NCBI GenBank assembly: GCA_032718475.1
Contig: JAUCBJ010007699.1
Location: 6,447-70,446, forward strand
Source of the DNA: Nemertoderma westbladi
Lineage: Eukaryota > Animalia > Xenacoelomorpha
Direction of reading: 5' to 3'
DNA: 64,000 nucleotides
The notes beneath the pieces were generated by a model, which was not told the origin of the DNA, did not search any database, and saw only the letters and a list, made by a program, of their open reading frames with translations. A program made the translations under genes and the position numbers. Shown here piece by piece: positions 13,631 through 26,674 of the stretch. Positions within the stretch are counted from its first letter, which is position 1. Each line of letters opens with the position of its first letter.

Positions 13631-14316
13631 CTTAAACCATCGATATCCAACATTGGCCACACTGCTCTCAGTTGGAACAACAGCGACTCGCAGTCGCCTA
13701 AGAAAGCTCTGCAATTTCCAATGACACCGCCATTCCAGACAAGCTTGTAGTAGTCATTGAGGAACGTGTTCCACGTGGAATCCGAATTCGCGGTCGGTGT
13801 CTCTCCTCTATCTATATCGTCATTCATTTTACTTTTAAGAAATTTTCGAAGGACACTGATGGATTGAACAACTATTGAGTTGGATACTGATACTATTTTT
13901 TTCTTCAACTTTCCGGTTGTGTCCGGTTTGTTTCCGGTTGGTTCACTTTGTATATTTTCCGAGTTCGATGTTACTTTAATTTGACTGCTGTTACCAACAG
14001 TGTCTTTGGATTGATCATTTTCTAGGTATTTCTTCTTAGCATCATTAGCATCGTCAGTCTGTGGCTCATTATTTACTTCCTGACTATCAACGGGGCTTGA
14101 ATTATGAACGTGAAGAGATTCATCTCTTAGCGAATCCTCCTGCAAACAATACTCCGAGACCCATCGAAGGACCGACATACACGCGGTCAGATAGAAATCC
14201 TCTATGAACGCATCTCTGTCGTCGGCGGAACCGAGTTTATAGCAGCGAGGGAAAAACTGATCCGGGTCCAAGTCTAGGAACCAGTGGAGTTGGCGGAGGT
14301 TTTCGCACAAACCAAC
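13631..14316 (-). CDS. TTLL3: TTLL3/TTLL8-like exon VGLCENLRQLHWF...QFFPRCYKL...AFIEDFYLTAC...WPMLDIDGL(R)
   Basis: ttttag| acceptor and |gtaagc donor, 686 nt, phase 0 to 2. Matches glycylase motifs VGLCxNLRxLxWF, FFPRCY, FIEDFxLTA, PQxDxxG. Contains a low-complexity insert. Confidence 0.93.
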
Positions 14317-14357
14317 CTAAAATCGAAATATTTGCAAAAATATTTGTGATTTACTCC

Positions 14358-14751
14358 TGTGAGCGGATTCAATTCCGCCTCACTATCCCCATAAAGTTGG
14401 GAAGTGGCGCCCTTTTTTCAGCAATATTGGAGATACGAGATTAATAGCAATCAATCTCGTATCACACCCAATAACGGGACAACATACACCCCAAGAGCCA
14501 CACAAAGGGAGGTTAGAGGTCAAACCACCTCGAGAGGGCAGATAACCAACAGCGGGGGGGGGGGGGGGGGGGGGAGAGGTGAGGCGTGAAGTGGGTTATA
14601 GGCCAATGGGAGACCGGGAAAGCATCCGCTAAGTAATAAGGCCACAGTACCGTAAGGGTGATTAGATATATTATCAGTATATTGTCATTCCAGTTTTAGT
14701 TTACTCAGTCACTCAGTGCAGACCGGTGAGATTTCGCACCGTCACCGTCAG
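14358..14751. mobile_element. Truncated LTR, same family as 5991-6606
   Basis: Starts TGTGAGCGGATTCAATTCCGC and aligns with 5991-6410. It ends at the (TA)n tail of the adjacent LINE and the remainder was not found. Confidence 0.8.
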
Positions 14752-14936
14752 TATATATATATATATATGTTTTATTGACCAATTACGAAGTTTGATAAAT
14801 TCAATATAGTAACACCAAACGCATTAGTCCAAATTATACAACTAGTAGGTAATTAATAGTATCACTTAAATACAAAGGCTGACAAAGGCTGTATACAAAG
14901 GCTGAATTATTAAATTATTACTTTAATCTAGTTCAC

Positions 14937-14969
<33 letters not shown>

Positions 14970-17900
14970 AATTATATGACCTAGATATATAATGACCTAG
15001 ACACTATCATTAAGCCACAGAATAATCAATTTCATCAAATATTATTTTAAATTAAGGCTAGCTACATAACATTACACCAAAATATATATTTGTGGATTTC
15101 AATTAAATCATAAACTTAGTACACAGGCGTCTATTATAACCATTATACTAAAAATGCGAATAATATATAAATTTGAATCAGAGAATTGTATTTCATTATA
15201 AAAACAAAAACAAATCAATCTTCAAGGATTCGTAGCACGTCAAAGATAAATTTAGCAAGCAAATCCATGTGTGCACAACTAAGCACTGTTTCACAGGATT
15301 GAAAATTTATTATATTTGTCAACGGTAACCTTAGAGGGGTGATAAGGGGGCAATCAAGCAACACATGTCGTTCAGTTTGGACGGACCCGCATCGACAAAT
15401 TCTTGAGCTCGCTGGTATTCGCGACCAACGGCCAGTTTCCACAGCCAGGTGGGTTGACAGTAATTTAAATCGTGTTAAAGCAATGCGGTGCGGCTCCGAA
15501 ATATGTGCAACATGTTGAACATGAAAGAGAGGACATTTCTGTAGTGATGGATTAAAATCACGGTAAACTAATCGGCGTGTTGAGTTACTATTTGAAACCC
15601 TGTCAATCAAGTTGTCACGAAATTGTTTTCCACTGTCTCCAGCGTCTAATAGTTTTTTTACTGCTTTTGCCATAGGAGATGAGACAGAATCGGCAAGGCT
15701 AAGTGCAAACCACAGGAGTTCGTGTCTCTCTGGGTCCTCAATCGATTTAGCTAGGAAGTTTAGCTGTCTTTTTTTTACGATTGTTTCAACATCTAAAAGA
15801 CCAGATTCAAGAAACATAAGGTCGTGGCAAACAGAAGATCGGACTCCAAGGGCACCCTTTAGCATTTCACAATATTTTACATTAACACTTGTGACAGATG
15901 CACCAATCCAAGATTCACAGCCATACAGAAGAGCACTTGTTACACCAGCCCTCAGAACTTGGAGTTTTACACTTATTGGAGCCATATTATGCTTAGACAA
16001 GAATGAATGATACTTTAAAACGTGCTTTGATTTATCTTTTAAGTGCAGGTTAATAACATCTGAAATTCTCCCAGACTGAGCAATCGGAGAACCCAAGTAA
16101 ACGTAATGTAAACAGTTATTAATTGTAAGACTGCTATCAATTACTATAGGATTTAGATCATCGGCTACACCACCAATAACCATAAATTTAGTCTTTTTCT
16201 GGTTTATTCTTAGTCCAAATTCATTACAAAACTGCACTAGCGCCATTAGCTTCTGAATACATTTAGGCCGAGACGTGGCTAATATTGCAGAGTCATCGAC
16301 TAATAACAGTGCATGAAGGGCATTCAAAAAACCATCTGGGCCGAGAGACTTCAAGAGTTTTATTAGTGGGTTAACATACAGAGTAAATAAGTGTAAGCTG
16401 GATGGCCCACCCTGCAAAACTCCAACAGATATGAGGAACGTTTCATCTCCAATACACCCATAGGACAACCTATACAACTCCCGTAAGGCATTTAACATCC
16501 GCGTACCGCATCCCATATCATGCAGCAGATCAATAAGCTTCTTCCTGTTGACAGTATCAAATGCGGCTGAGAAATCTACAAAAACAATGAAGAGCTTCTG
16601 CTTTGTAAATTTCGAATAATTGATAATTAGTTGTAAAGTTGTTATTTATTCTAAGCAGCCTCTATGCTTCTGTGCACCTGCCTGCTCCTTGTCTGGATTA
16701 GCCCATAGACGGATCCGGGAGTGTAACATACTATCGTAAAGTTTTAAGAATGCAACCATAACCCCAATACCACGATAATTGCTACAAAGTGATTTATCAT
16801 CACGTTTGAATACAGGAACAAACTTGCTAGTTCTCCATGCTGAAGGAAAGTCACCACTAAACACAATGTTAAAAAGGGTAACTAATAGTTTGATAAGTGC
16901 TATTGGGCTATGGCGTAACAAACCTGGCCCAAGTCCATCCACGCCTGATGATTTATTGGGTTTGAGTTTACTGATATGATCTTTAACTTCTTCTTCCGAT
17001 ATGTCATCATCGAGGACAGGGATGTATGGGCCTGTTGTATACGGTTGGTTTAATGTATCTCTCTCCAAAGTTTCAGAGTCTTGATTATTAAGTAGCTTAC
17101 TAAAATAAGAAACAAAATCGCGATCTAAAGGTGTGGTGTCGGCAGTTTGTTCAGGCCTACAAGTAATTTTTCCTTTCCAGTTTATTCTATCCCAGATAGC
17201 CTTGGGGCTACCTGCCGTAAGTAAAGATATCCAAGAGCTCCCAGGTGAAGAGTTTCCATCGAGACTACTTGGGTTTTTACGACGGCTGTTTGCTGCACAG
17301 GAAATTAATGAAGTAACAACAGTTCCAGCCACATAATCAGATGAACTGTCACACGGAATGTTCATAGCTGTAATTGATGACTGCACCTCATTATTATATT
17401 TATTCATGTCTACATTGTCTGGATAGTAGCTCGCATGTTTCGGCCCTAAATTCGCCTTTTCGTAGTAACTATAGTCACCTAGGTGAGAAGCAGCAAGCGA
17501 TATTGATGATGAAGGTACCCCATTTACATCGAATCTCATATTCAGATAGATAGGTGAGTGATCAGATGGTAGATTATTTAACTGTAACACATCGAAACTA
17601 TCAATTAACGATAATAATTTTAAGCTTATTAACGCGCGGTCGATTTCAGAGATGTACATGTCTTTCCGTTTAAATGTCAAACCACCGCCTAATGAACGAC
17701 TATTGAACGTTGCATGGCTAAGGTTTACTAATTCACAGTCTTCACAAAGCTGTATCAATCTTTTGCCATTGCTATTTCTGAAAGTGTCAATGACATTTTT
17801 AAAAGTTACAATAGATTTGCAATAATTGAAAGCATCATTTAGATCACCAAATCTGGAATTTATATCCCCCATCAATACAATACTTTCATGTCTTGCCACA

Positions 17901-19500
17901 CCCAGAGCTTTACTTTGAATGTCTGCTATAATTGTGGGATCGAAATAGCGTGAGTCAGAAGGGGGTAAGTACGCCGTACCGAAAATTATATCTGGAATAT
18001 TTTTTAAGCGAAACCATATTTGTTCATGCGACTTATCGATGCAGTATAAAAGTGGCCATAGACTGTTCTTCACAAGTACGGCAACACCACCTCGGTGACC
18101 TTTTTCTGTAGCTATATTACGTACGGCAACAAAACCAGGGACACAGAATGGGTATGAAGTTTTTAACTCTTGAATAAATACGAAATCCATTCTACTAAAT
18201 AAATCCAGTACATTTGGTAATAAAAATTTCTCAGCAATTCCACCCATATTCCAAGATAAAAAAGAAAGACTATTAGTTTGCGTTTGGTGTGAGTTTAGAA
18301 AAACGGGTTGAATGTGTCAATAACCTGATCTCCACGGTAAACCACATTTTCCTTGTTAGAGAACCAAATATTAGCACCCACGTTTTCAGGCTTCTGTTTT
18401 TCCTCATAGATAACAGACTTGATTCGCTGATGCTCTTTGCGGAAAGCTGGGTGAGAATCCGGTTTTATAAACACCTTTTTATGCCAACCAGTGTCCGATT
18501 TTTTAAGCTTGGAGCTGTTTGAGAGAATTAAGCTTCTAGGTGGAGCGCTCTGACCCAGTGTCAAAAGAATTGGCCTGGGCCTTTTTATACCACCAGCAAC
18601 AGTTGATCTTCTTTCTCCAAGCCGACGTATAGAGAAATTATCCACCTGAACTCCAATAGCGACAAAGATCTCCTCACATTTATCCTCGTCAGTTGGATGT
18701 TCTACCTCCTCTAGGGATTCGTTGTCGTTAGCGGCCGGCTGTTCTTGTTCCTCCAGTCCTAGCACTATTAGTTTCTGTGAACGAAGATCTTTATCCAGTT
18801 GTTCCATAAAACGTGTCTGACTACAAATGACGTTTCTCACAGTCTTAACTTCATCTTCAACCTTATCAATACGTTTAGAGTTACTTTGAACCATAGCTTT
18901 TACATCGACTTCAATAGTATTCAATCTGGCATTTACCTCCAATAGGGATTGTCTGGTTAACCGAGCTTCATTCAGTAGCTGAACTGCCCATGGTGGTGGC
19001 ATACTGGTATTGGTTACAGTGGTAGCGTTACCATACATAGGCTGAGAAGTAGTGGTTGTGTCGAAGTGCGCATATACACCATTATTAGAGAAAACAGTAT
19101 CATTTGTTAATTGGTTAGTAGAATATGGTGCCAGTGGTCCATTGTTAAGATCAAAGGGAGAAGTATTCGCCCGCAATCCCGTCGGGTGGGGTGTAGCGGG
19201 GGACGAGGTGCCAGAGTAAATAGAAAGATGCGGTGGTTGCGACCAAAGAGCCGAGCTGGAACCAGTAGGCATACTCGCTGACCAGATCGGTTGAGCCTGA
19301 GTCGGTAGCATGTGAGCACCGGTAGGCTGGGTTCCGGTACCCATACCTCCGGCACAACCATCACAGAACCCGCCAGCTTTCAGTCTTGTTTGGTGTGTTC
19401 CACAACGTTTACAAGTGCCCATAATTTCAATTTCATACAGTAATATCTAACTACTCTGTTACTTAGGCCCCCAGGCAGCCAGGGTACACAAGTCAGACAG
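14752..19500 (-). mobile_element. Near-intact two-ORF LINE (RTE-X-like, clade uncertain) with atypical LVDD RT motif
   Basis: ORF1 18295-19422 has an N-terminal CxxC..CxxC, a coiled coil and LIVLGLEE/RPRPILL. ORF2 has APE (FIQE, MGDINSR, SDHSPI), RT (NYRGIG, FVDFSAAFD, GVLQGGPSS, LLLVDD, YLGS) and C-terminal CCHC. One in-frame stop at 16646-16648. 3' AATAAA plus (AT)n at ~14752-14776. Confidence 0.9.
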
Positions 19501-19635
19501 TTATTGAGTTAGACAGTTAAAGTCAGACAGAATTGTACTGTATTACAGTACATTATATCAATTATTATACTGCATACTGTTATCATATTATTCTGTGAAC
19601 TGTACTGTCACTAACTAATAGACACCGGTACTTAC

Positions 19636-19809
19636 CTTTGTAGTAAAAGAATGCGCATGGCCCCAGTGGTTTACTATAGATTCTTTCCTCAAATTTCGGT
19701 AATCAATTGTATCTTTACGAACAGTAAAAACAAATGTTGGGGTCGTGTTGCGAACTATTCGAGACATCATATCCTTAATGCTTGGAGTGTCCATACTATC
19801 ATCCGATTC
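19636..19809 (-). CDS. TTLL3: TTLL3/TTLL8-like exon ESDDSM...MMSRIVRNTTPTFVFTVRKDTIDYRNLRKESIVNHWGHAHSFTTK
   Basis: cccgcag| acceptor and |gtaagt donor, 174 nt, phase 0-0. Gives SFTTK|VGLC, the conserved glycylase junction. Confidence 0.92.
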
Positions 19810-19929
19810 CTGCGGGTGCAATCAATGTAGTCAAAACGGGAGCTAAATATTTACTGATTAGGTCTATATACTAATAATAATTAATAATATATAATGTAAT
19901 AATAAGTAATTTTATTGAGCCCAACTTAC

Positions 19930-20118
19930 ATATAAATTGTACTGTAGGGCCTACATAGCTACATCTTTATCGTTGAGTCAGAGTATTGTCTCGGTCTCGG
20001 TCTCGGTAAAGTAGTACGTTGTGTAATAGGTTCTCATTTTAACAACCCTGGGGACCCTGGCGTGGCTCGATACTAACCGATAGATTGTAAGTTCAACCAA
20101 CTGATCTAGCCCCGCCCT
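19930..20118 (-). mobile_element. Decayed tRNA-derived SINE
   Basis: On the minus strand, A box TAGATCAGTTGG and degenerate B box GTATCGAGCC. The body is shared with a 79-bp insert at 12822-12900. Confidence 0.45.
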
Positions 20119-20151
20119 CCAGTTTGTAAAGTAAAATTGCAACAACTGCAA

Positions 20152-21635
20152 TTTTATTTATTTATTTATTTTTTATTTATTTCTTTATTTCAAACCAAAC
20201 AAGGTTCATAGTAGAAACAATACACCGATCAGACAATATAGTTTACACGATACAGTACTAAATTATGAAAATTAATATTTAATAGCACAATATTTAAATA
20301 TTAATCGTAAAGTAGGGACAGGTCATTCATGGCCCTAATTCTAGATTCTGTGCAACATGTGCGAATCACATTAATAATGCTATTGGTACTGGTACCCAAG
20401 CGCCGTGATAGGCTCTCAATAGCATTGGCTCTAATATGTACAAAGGATGGTCCAAGTAAGCTGCAGGTAAGCGACATACTTGTGGGAGTTGTGTCGTTAG
20501 CCATTCTCGGAATTTTAAAAAGCATTCGAATGCTACTATTATATGCAGTGCGCAATTTGTGTTGGACAGACATAGAATAGTTCGCTCTAGCCCACAGCGC
20601 GTTGCCATAAACATTAGTACAATAGGAACGAAAAAAACGTATTTTTACATTCCTAGCACAATTACCAAAATTCCTAACCAAGTAGTTTGCTCTTGCATAC
20701 TACGCACAAGTCTGGCGCTTTACATCATAATCATCGTCAGTAGACGAGTGGATTACGTGGCCAAGAAATACAATTTGATCTACAATATCAATAGGAGTGC
20801 CTAATAAGTACACAATACCAAATATAGACTTGCTACAGCATTTCGGGATAAAATATATACATTTGGTCTTTTTTAAATTAAACTTAATTGAGAATAGGTC
20901 AGCATAATCCATACATATATTTAGTAGTTGTTGTAAACCAAACATAGTATTAGATAGCAGTGACAAATCGTCCGCATATCCTACGTGATTGATCCTTCTA
21001 CCGTTAATAGAGCAACCAAAATTGCACCGATTTAAAGCTGCACTTAAATCATCCATATATACGTTAAATAAATATGGGCTCAGGATCCCCCCTTGTTTTG
21101 TACCATTGGTGACATGAAATTTACTCGAACTAAATTTACCCCACGAAACAAACAGTAATTGGTTACGATAGCAAAAGCATATTATTCTAACAAAAATATC
21201 CGGTACACCCCTAGTAATTAATTTAGAAAATAGTAAATAATGATTACATCGATCAAATGCCTTGCTGGCATCCAACATACAAGTAAATACCGGGCTATTA
21301 AAAAAATTTACTGTCTCCTTAAAAGCGAGGATACACAGTTCAGTGCCCGATTTCGGTTTGAAACCAAACTGATTGTCTGTAGTATCTAAGTATCTACTTA
21401 CATTAGAAAGTATCAGCCTCTCAAATAGTTTGGAGAATACAGTTGAGATTGCAATACCTCTATAATTATCACTCGAGGTGATATCACCTGTCTTGTCCTT
21501 AATTAAAGGAAGTATCTTAGACTCAATAAGGCCCGGTGGTATATAGTCATGGCACAACATTGAATTAAATAAACAAGATAGAATGCAACACAATAACTCT
21601 GTACAGCCGTATTTAAGATGTTCCGAAGATATATC
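20152..21635 (-). mobile_element. 5'-truncated non-LTR retrotransposon RT fragment with (TAAA)n tail
   Basis: ORFs 20700-21593 (NYRGIA, QFGFK, LDASKAFD, GTKQGGILSPYLFNVYMDD, GYADD) and 20301-20681. A-rich tail at 20152-20190. Confidence 0.85.
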
Positions 21636-21715
21636 ATCTGTACCTATTTATTCTATACAGTAAGCCTGTGTGATGACATAATGCTGGAATATTCATACAG
21701 TAGACAGTAACTAAC

Positions 21716-21922
21716 CTGGTTCGAATCACAGTCACTACTGTTGTCCGTTCCACCATCATCCGAAGAATCGTCATTATCATTAACAATATCATCACCATCA
21801 TTGTCGTCCTTTTTATTTTTTGAACTATTTTTCTTTGACTTGCGCGGTAAAACCCTTTCCACCCAATGCCTAGTTTTAAGTGAATGCCTAACTGCGCGAT
21901 ATCCACCCTGGCAGCAAAATAC
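21716..21922 (-). CDS. TTLL3: TTLL3/TTLL8-like exon VFCCQGGYRAVRHSLKTRHWVERVLPRK...acidic tract...DSNQ
   Basis: tttttag| acceptor and |gttagt donor, 207 nt, phase 0-0. Resembles the glycylase N-terminal (I/V)FxxxGxYxxxRxxLxxRxWVE motif followed by an acidic linker. Confidence 0.9.
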
Positions 21923-22075
21923 CTAAAAATATAAAAAATACCTAAATATAATTATTACCGTTTAGCCAACCTAATCCCCAATGGTTTTTTTTTAAAGAAT
22001 ATATTAGAACTCATAGAATTGTGTAGAACGTTTAGAATTCAGTAGCATCCTTGATTTCCTATAAAAGGATGAGTT

Positions 22076-22243
22076 TAGTCATTATTTGTCAGTCGTACAA
22101 TCAGTCGTACAATAACTTCAGTCTTAAAGTCATTATTTGTCAGTCGTACAATCAGTCTTACAATAACTTCAGTCTTAAAGCTATTATTTGTCAGTCGTAC
22201 AATCAGTCTTACAATAACTTCAGTCTTAAAGCTATTATTTGTT
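22076..22243. repeat. Three tandem copies of a ~51-bp unit
   Basis: attatttgtcagtcgtacaatcagtc(g/t)tacaataacttcagtcttaaag repeated three times. Confidence 0.85.
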
Positions 22244-22628
22244 ACTTTTTTTGTTTTATGGTTTAAATTGTTATCGTCTTTGTAAATAATATACCTCTCG
22301 TTTGTTATAAACTTTCCGAACTTTTATACCATGATTTAACCTGGTGAATAATGTATTGAAAGTGACACAGATGGTGGGATCTATCCCGCACAGGGCAGCC
22401 ACACATCCGGACAGCAGCGATAAAAGGGAACATCGGCAAAATGTAAAGAGGAGACCACCCACACTCTATTAGATTATCATAGACAGAGACCACCGCCCCC
22501 GCCTAAAAGGTAAGATCGCATTCGATCTATAACGGGCTATAACGATCTATAACGGGCTATAACTTCCTATAACAAATTGCAGTATTAATAATTGGATATA
22601 TCGGTTCCTAGAAATCACACATCACACA

Positions 22629-23416
22629 TGACAAACCTTATGACGTCACACATGACAAACCTTATGACGGTGGGCTGCCTCAGTTGCGATTGACAAACCT
22701 TATGACGGTGGGCTGCCTCAGTTGCGATTGACAAACCTTATGACGGTGGGCTGCCTCAGTTGCGACAAACCTTATGACGGTGGGCTGCCTCAGTTGCGAC
22801 AAACCTTATGACGGTGGGCTGCCTCAGTTGCGATTGACAAACCTTATGACGGTGGGCTGCCTCAGTTGCGATTGACAAACCTTATGACGGTGGGCTGCCT
22901 CAGTTGCGATTGACAAACCTTATGACGGTGGGCTGCCTCAGTTGCGATTGACAAACCTTATGACGGTGGGCTGCCTCAGTTGCGATTGACAAACCTTATG
23001 ACGGTGGGCTGCCTCAGTTGCGATTGACAAACCTTATGACGTCACACATGACAAACCTTATGACGGTGGGCTGCCTCAGTTGGGACAAACCTTATGACGG
23101 TGGGCTGCCTCAGTTGCGATTGACAAACCTTATGACGGTGGGCTGCCTCAGTTGCGATTGACAAACCTTATGACGGTGGGCTGCCTCAGTTGCGATTGAC
23201 AAACCTTATGACGGTGGGCTGCCTCAGTTGGGACAAACCTTATGACGGTGGGCTGCCTCAGTTGGGACAAACCTTATGACGGTGGGCTGCCTCAGTTGCG
23301 ATTGACAAACCTTATGACGGTGGGCTGCCTCAGTTGCGATTGACAAACCTTATGACGGTGGGCTGCCTCAGTTGCGATTGACAAACCTTATGACGGTGGG
23401 CTGCCTCAGTTGCGAT
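22629..23416. repeat. 38-bp minisatellite (~21 copies, some 34 bp) made from the exon 3' end and its splice donor
   Basis: Minus-strand unit AATCGCAACTGAGGCAGCCCACCGTCATAAG|GTTTGTC equals the codons for IATEAAHRHK plus the GT donor. Confidence 0.95.
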
Positions 23417-23554
23417 ATTCTTCGCAAGCTTTATTTTTTCGTAATGAGATAGATGGAGTCGACTTTCAGTCTTTGATCTGCGTAACTGAGGTCTCGTCGG
23501 TGTTTGTTGTCCCATCATCCCACCACCATTGTTGCCAAACAACACCCTATACAT
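23387..23554 (-). CDS. TTLL3: TTLL3/TTLL8-like exon ...SHYEKIKLAKNIATEAAHRHK (acceptor probably 23546 or 23570; alternatively ATG at 23554)
   Basis: The end resembles glycylase LxxAKxxxExAxxxxK and joins in phase 0 to VFCCQGGY. Donor AAG|gtttgt. The 5' boundary is ambiguous. Confidence 0.85.
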
Positions 23555-23799
23555 TTTTAAACAAATTAAGCTGTAAAAATGTCAAATATTCTAATGGTTA
23601 AGAAGGATAATAGTTATAAAAGTTGTTTGCTATAAAAAAAAAAATTAATTAATATAATTAATATTTATTTATGCGGATATTTAATATTCTATTTCTATTC
23701 TATTAGGATTAGCTAGTAAACAGTAATATAATTAATTATATTAATTATTTTTATATTATTTATATATTATAATCTTATTATTATTCTCTTGTATTAAAA

Positions 23800-24335
23800 T
23801 TGGCAGGGGAAAAATCATTCATCGAAGCCCTCCTAGAGACCTCCCTGTATGCGTTTAACCCAGAAGTTATCCGAAACTACCGGTCGTACCGCTCCGAACG
23901 CGAGGAGAATTTTGTTAACGAGGGATACTCCCGCGGTCCAGCATTCCAAACCTCGGTTTGGAAGACTCATGGCCAGACTAACAGGCATGTTGTCACCCGG
24001 ACGACAGCCCACGGATTCCACTTTAAAGTCTGCAACAACTCCGTTCCCTTCCATGCCTTAACCCCGGAATGCCATTGCAAGTTCTGCAAACTCTCCTGCA
24101 GTGACCGCTACCACATACTTTCCTGCAACCTCTGCCCGCCGCTGTCGGTACTCGCCGCAAACTAACCACAACGCCCGCCCCCCCCCCCCCCCCCCCCCCA
24201 CTCCCCTCGCATATTACTGTACTTTTATATACTGTACTGTATTGGTATATGTTTTTCTTATTGGCTGATTGGTATACTGTATCTCATATTTACCCCGCCC
24301 GGGGTGTATATATTAATATATATATTATAATAAAT
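23800..24335 (+). mobile_element. 3' fragment of a non-LTR retrotransposon (Cys/His-rich C-terminus and 3' UTR)
   Basis: HGFHFKVC...CHCKFCKLSCSDRYHILSC zinc-finger-like C-terminus, then stop, poly-C, AT-rich UTR and AATAAA. Confidence 0.5.
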
Positions 24336-24338
24336 TGA

Positions 24339-24424
24339 GAAGGCCTGAAGAAGGGGCCTAATTGGCCCAGAAAACTCACGTAACTCAAATTCGTTTTTCA
24401 ACCTGTCTGCGGGTGTAGACCTTC
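24339..24424 (+). ncRNA. Degenerate type I hammerhead ribozyme-like motif (Penelope-type)
   Basis: gaaggc-CTGAAGA-ag-gggcc-taatt-ggccc-a-GAAA-actc...gggt-GTA-gaccttc. Stems I-III can be drawn but with mismatches next to the core. Confidence 0.35.
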
Positions 24425-24489
24425 AAAAAAAGCTCTTACATGAATCATAATACTCTCTTTATCTTTTTCAAAAATATAGGCGAAATTAA

Positions 24490-26674
24490 ATTAAAAGTAG
24501 AACATAATAATGAACAGAAGACAGAGAAGAAAGAAGAACCAACCTGTTGAAATGTAAAAAGACACTAAAGATTGCTACAATGAACGCACGCACGCTGAAA
24601 GCACAGAGCAATCAGGGTGACATGGTCGCTCTGGCAATGGAATATAACATCGACATCATCTGCATCCAAGAACATCGGATTTGTCATGAAGACACTACCA
24701 TGAAGTACAATGACATTGGAAATGGATGGACTTTAGTAACAAGCTCAGCAGTACGAAACTCGGCCAATGCATCAATTGGTGGAGTAGGAATTCTGCTAAG
24801 CCCATTTGCACTTAAGACCCTAAACAACATCGAATCTATAAATTCCAGGGTTATGATCGCAACATTTGATGGGAATCCCAAGACAACTGTTATAAGGTTG
24901 CTACAGTCCAACCAATGCATCAGAGCCAGAACAAGCAGTCAAGTTTTATGAAGAACTGACTGGACTTAATAAGGACATCCCGAAACACAATGTTAAAGTC
25001 ATTGCTGGTGACCTGAATGCGCAAATTAGCCCAGAAGAGATCAAGGGTTACACCTATAACACCAGTTCTAACAGAAATGGGTACTTACTCTTAGACCTAA
25101 TGGAAGAATGTGAATTGATACCAACAAACAACACATTCGAAAAGAGTAAGGGGAAGCTATGGACCTTTCAATACCCTAATGGAACCAAAGCACAACTGGA
25201 TTACATCCTTATAAACAAAAAGTGGAGAAATAGCATGATCAACTGCGAGGCATACAGCTCGTTCAACCTAATTGGTTTGGACCACAGAATTGTGACTGCA
25301 GAGATCAGACTCAGTTTGAGAGCCAGAAAACCCAGGACAAGCAAGCAAATCAAATATGACTGGGAGAAACTCAGAACTGACAATGCTGTAAAGGATGCTT
25401 ACACAGTAGAAGTTCAAAACCGCTTTGGAGCACTTCAGTCAATGGATGAAGACCAATCCACCAATTCAATATACCAGAATATAATAACAGCCCACAAGGA
25501 ATCAGCTAAGAGGCATATCCCTCAGAAACCCAAACGAAAACAGTATGTGCCATGGCAAAACTCTGAGGTAACTTGTAAGAGAGAAGATCTTAAGATAGCC
25601 TACAAAGTTAAAACCGAACAACCAACAACCGAAAACATTAACAAGGTTGAGAAAGCTAAGGACGATCTTAAATTGGCCTACAACATCAGCCAGGAAAAGT
25701 ACATACAGGATAAAACTGAAGCAATTACAACTGCTCACATACAGCAACAATCAAGACTTACCTGGCAAACTGTAAATGAGGTATCTGGTCGGAAAAGTTG
25801 TGCAAAGGGGCGCCTCAAAGCCGATAGTCCTGAAGAACGTGTTGGGAAGTGGAAAAATCACTTCAGTAACTTGCTTAAGCAGCCACCAAACATCGAGGTC
25901 AGCCCTACCAGGAAAATATATGACAAGACACTACCGATAGAAACAGGGGACTTCACACCTTCCGAACTCCAAAGAAGCATTAAAAGCATGTCCAATAATA
26001 AAGCGAGTGGATTAGATGAAATCCCAGCGGAGGTATGGAAAACCGGAGTGCTAAATAGACCATTATTGAATGTTTGCAACCGGATGTTAAAAGGGGAAAA
26101 GCCACCACCAATTTGGACTAAAGGTCAACTAAAGCCTCTCCCCAAGAAAGGAGACCTCGGCATACCAACAAACTATCGTGGGATCTGTCTGCTTGTGGTA
26201 GCTGCCAAAATATACAATAAAATGATTCCATATAGGATTAGGCCTCACATAGAGAAACTACTGCATAAGAGCCAAAACGGATTTCGACCAAGTAGATCAA
26301 CAATAGCTCAGATACTTGCACTACGGAGACTGATTGAAGGAATTAAGTCAAAGAATCTCCCCGCAGTCATGACTTTTGTGGACTTCAAGAAGGCATTCGA
26401 CTCCATCCATAGAGGTAAAATGCATGAAATCCTAAGAGCTTATGGAATACCAGAAGTAATTGTTGCTGACATTGGATTGTTATATTGTGACACAGAAGCG
26501 CAGGTACTCTCACCAGATGGTGAAACTGAGTTTTTCTCAATCCTGGCTGGCGTACTGCAAGGTGACACATTAGCACCATTACTATTTGTAATTGTGCTGG
26601 ATTACGTAATGAGGACGGCCACAAAGAGTGAAGATCTGGGATTCACACTTCAAGAACGCAGAAGTAGTAGATAT
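24490..26674 (+). mobile_element. RTE-clade LINE, 5' part (APE and RT), split by an LTR element
   Basis: IATMNARTL, ICIQEHR, GGVGILL, AGDLNA, QLDYIL, NYRGICL, FVDFKKAFDSIHR, GVLQGDTLAP. One frameshift near 24895. Continues at 38780. Confidence 0.92.

Noticed and set aside
22371-22509. Plus-strand exon-like segment (acacag|ATGGTG...AAAG|gtaaga)
   Set aside because: All three frames contain stops before the donor, and no partner exons were found.
22629-23416. CRISPR-like appearance of 34-45 bp repeats (also at 1-4432 and 42084-45187)
   Set aside because: Units are head-to-tail with no unique spacers, there are no cas genes, and the context is a eukaryotic intron.
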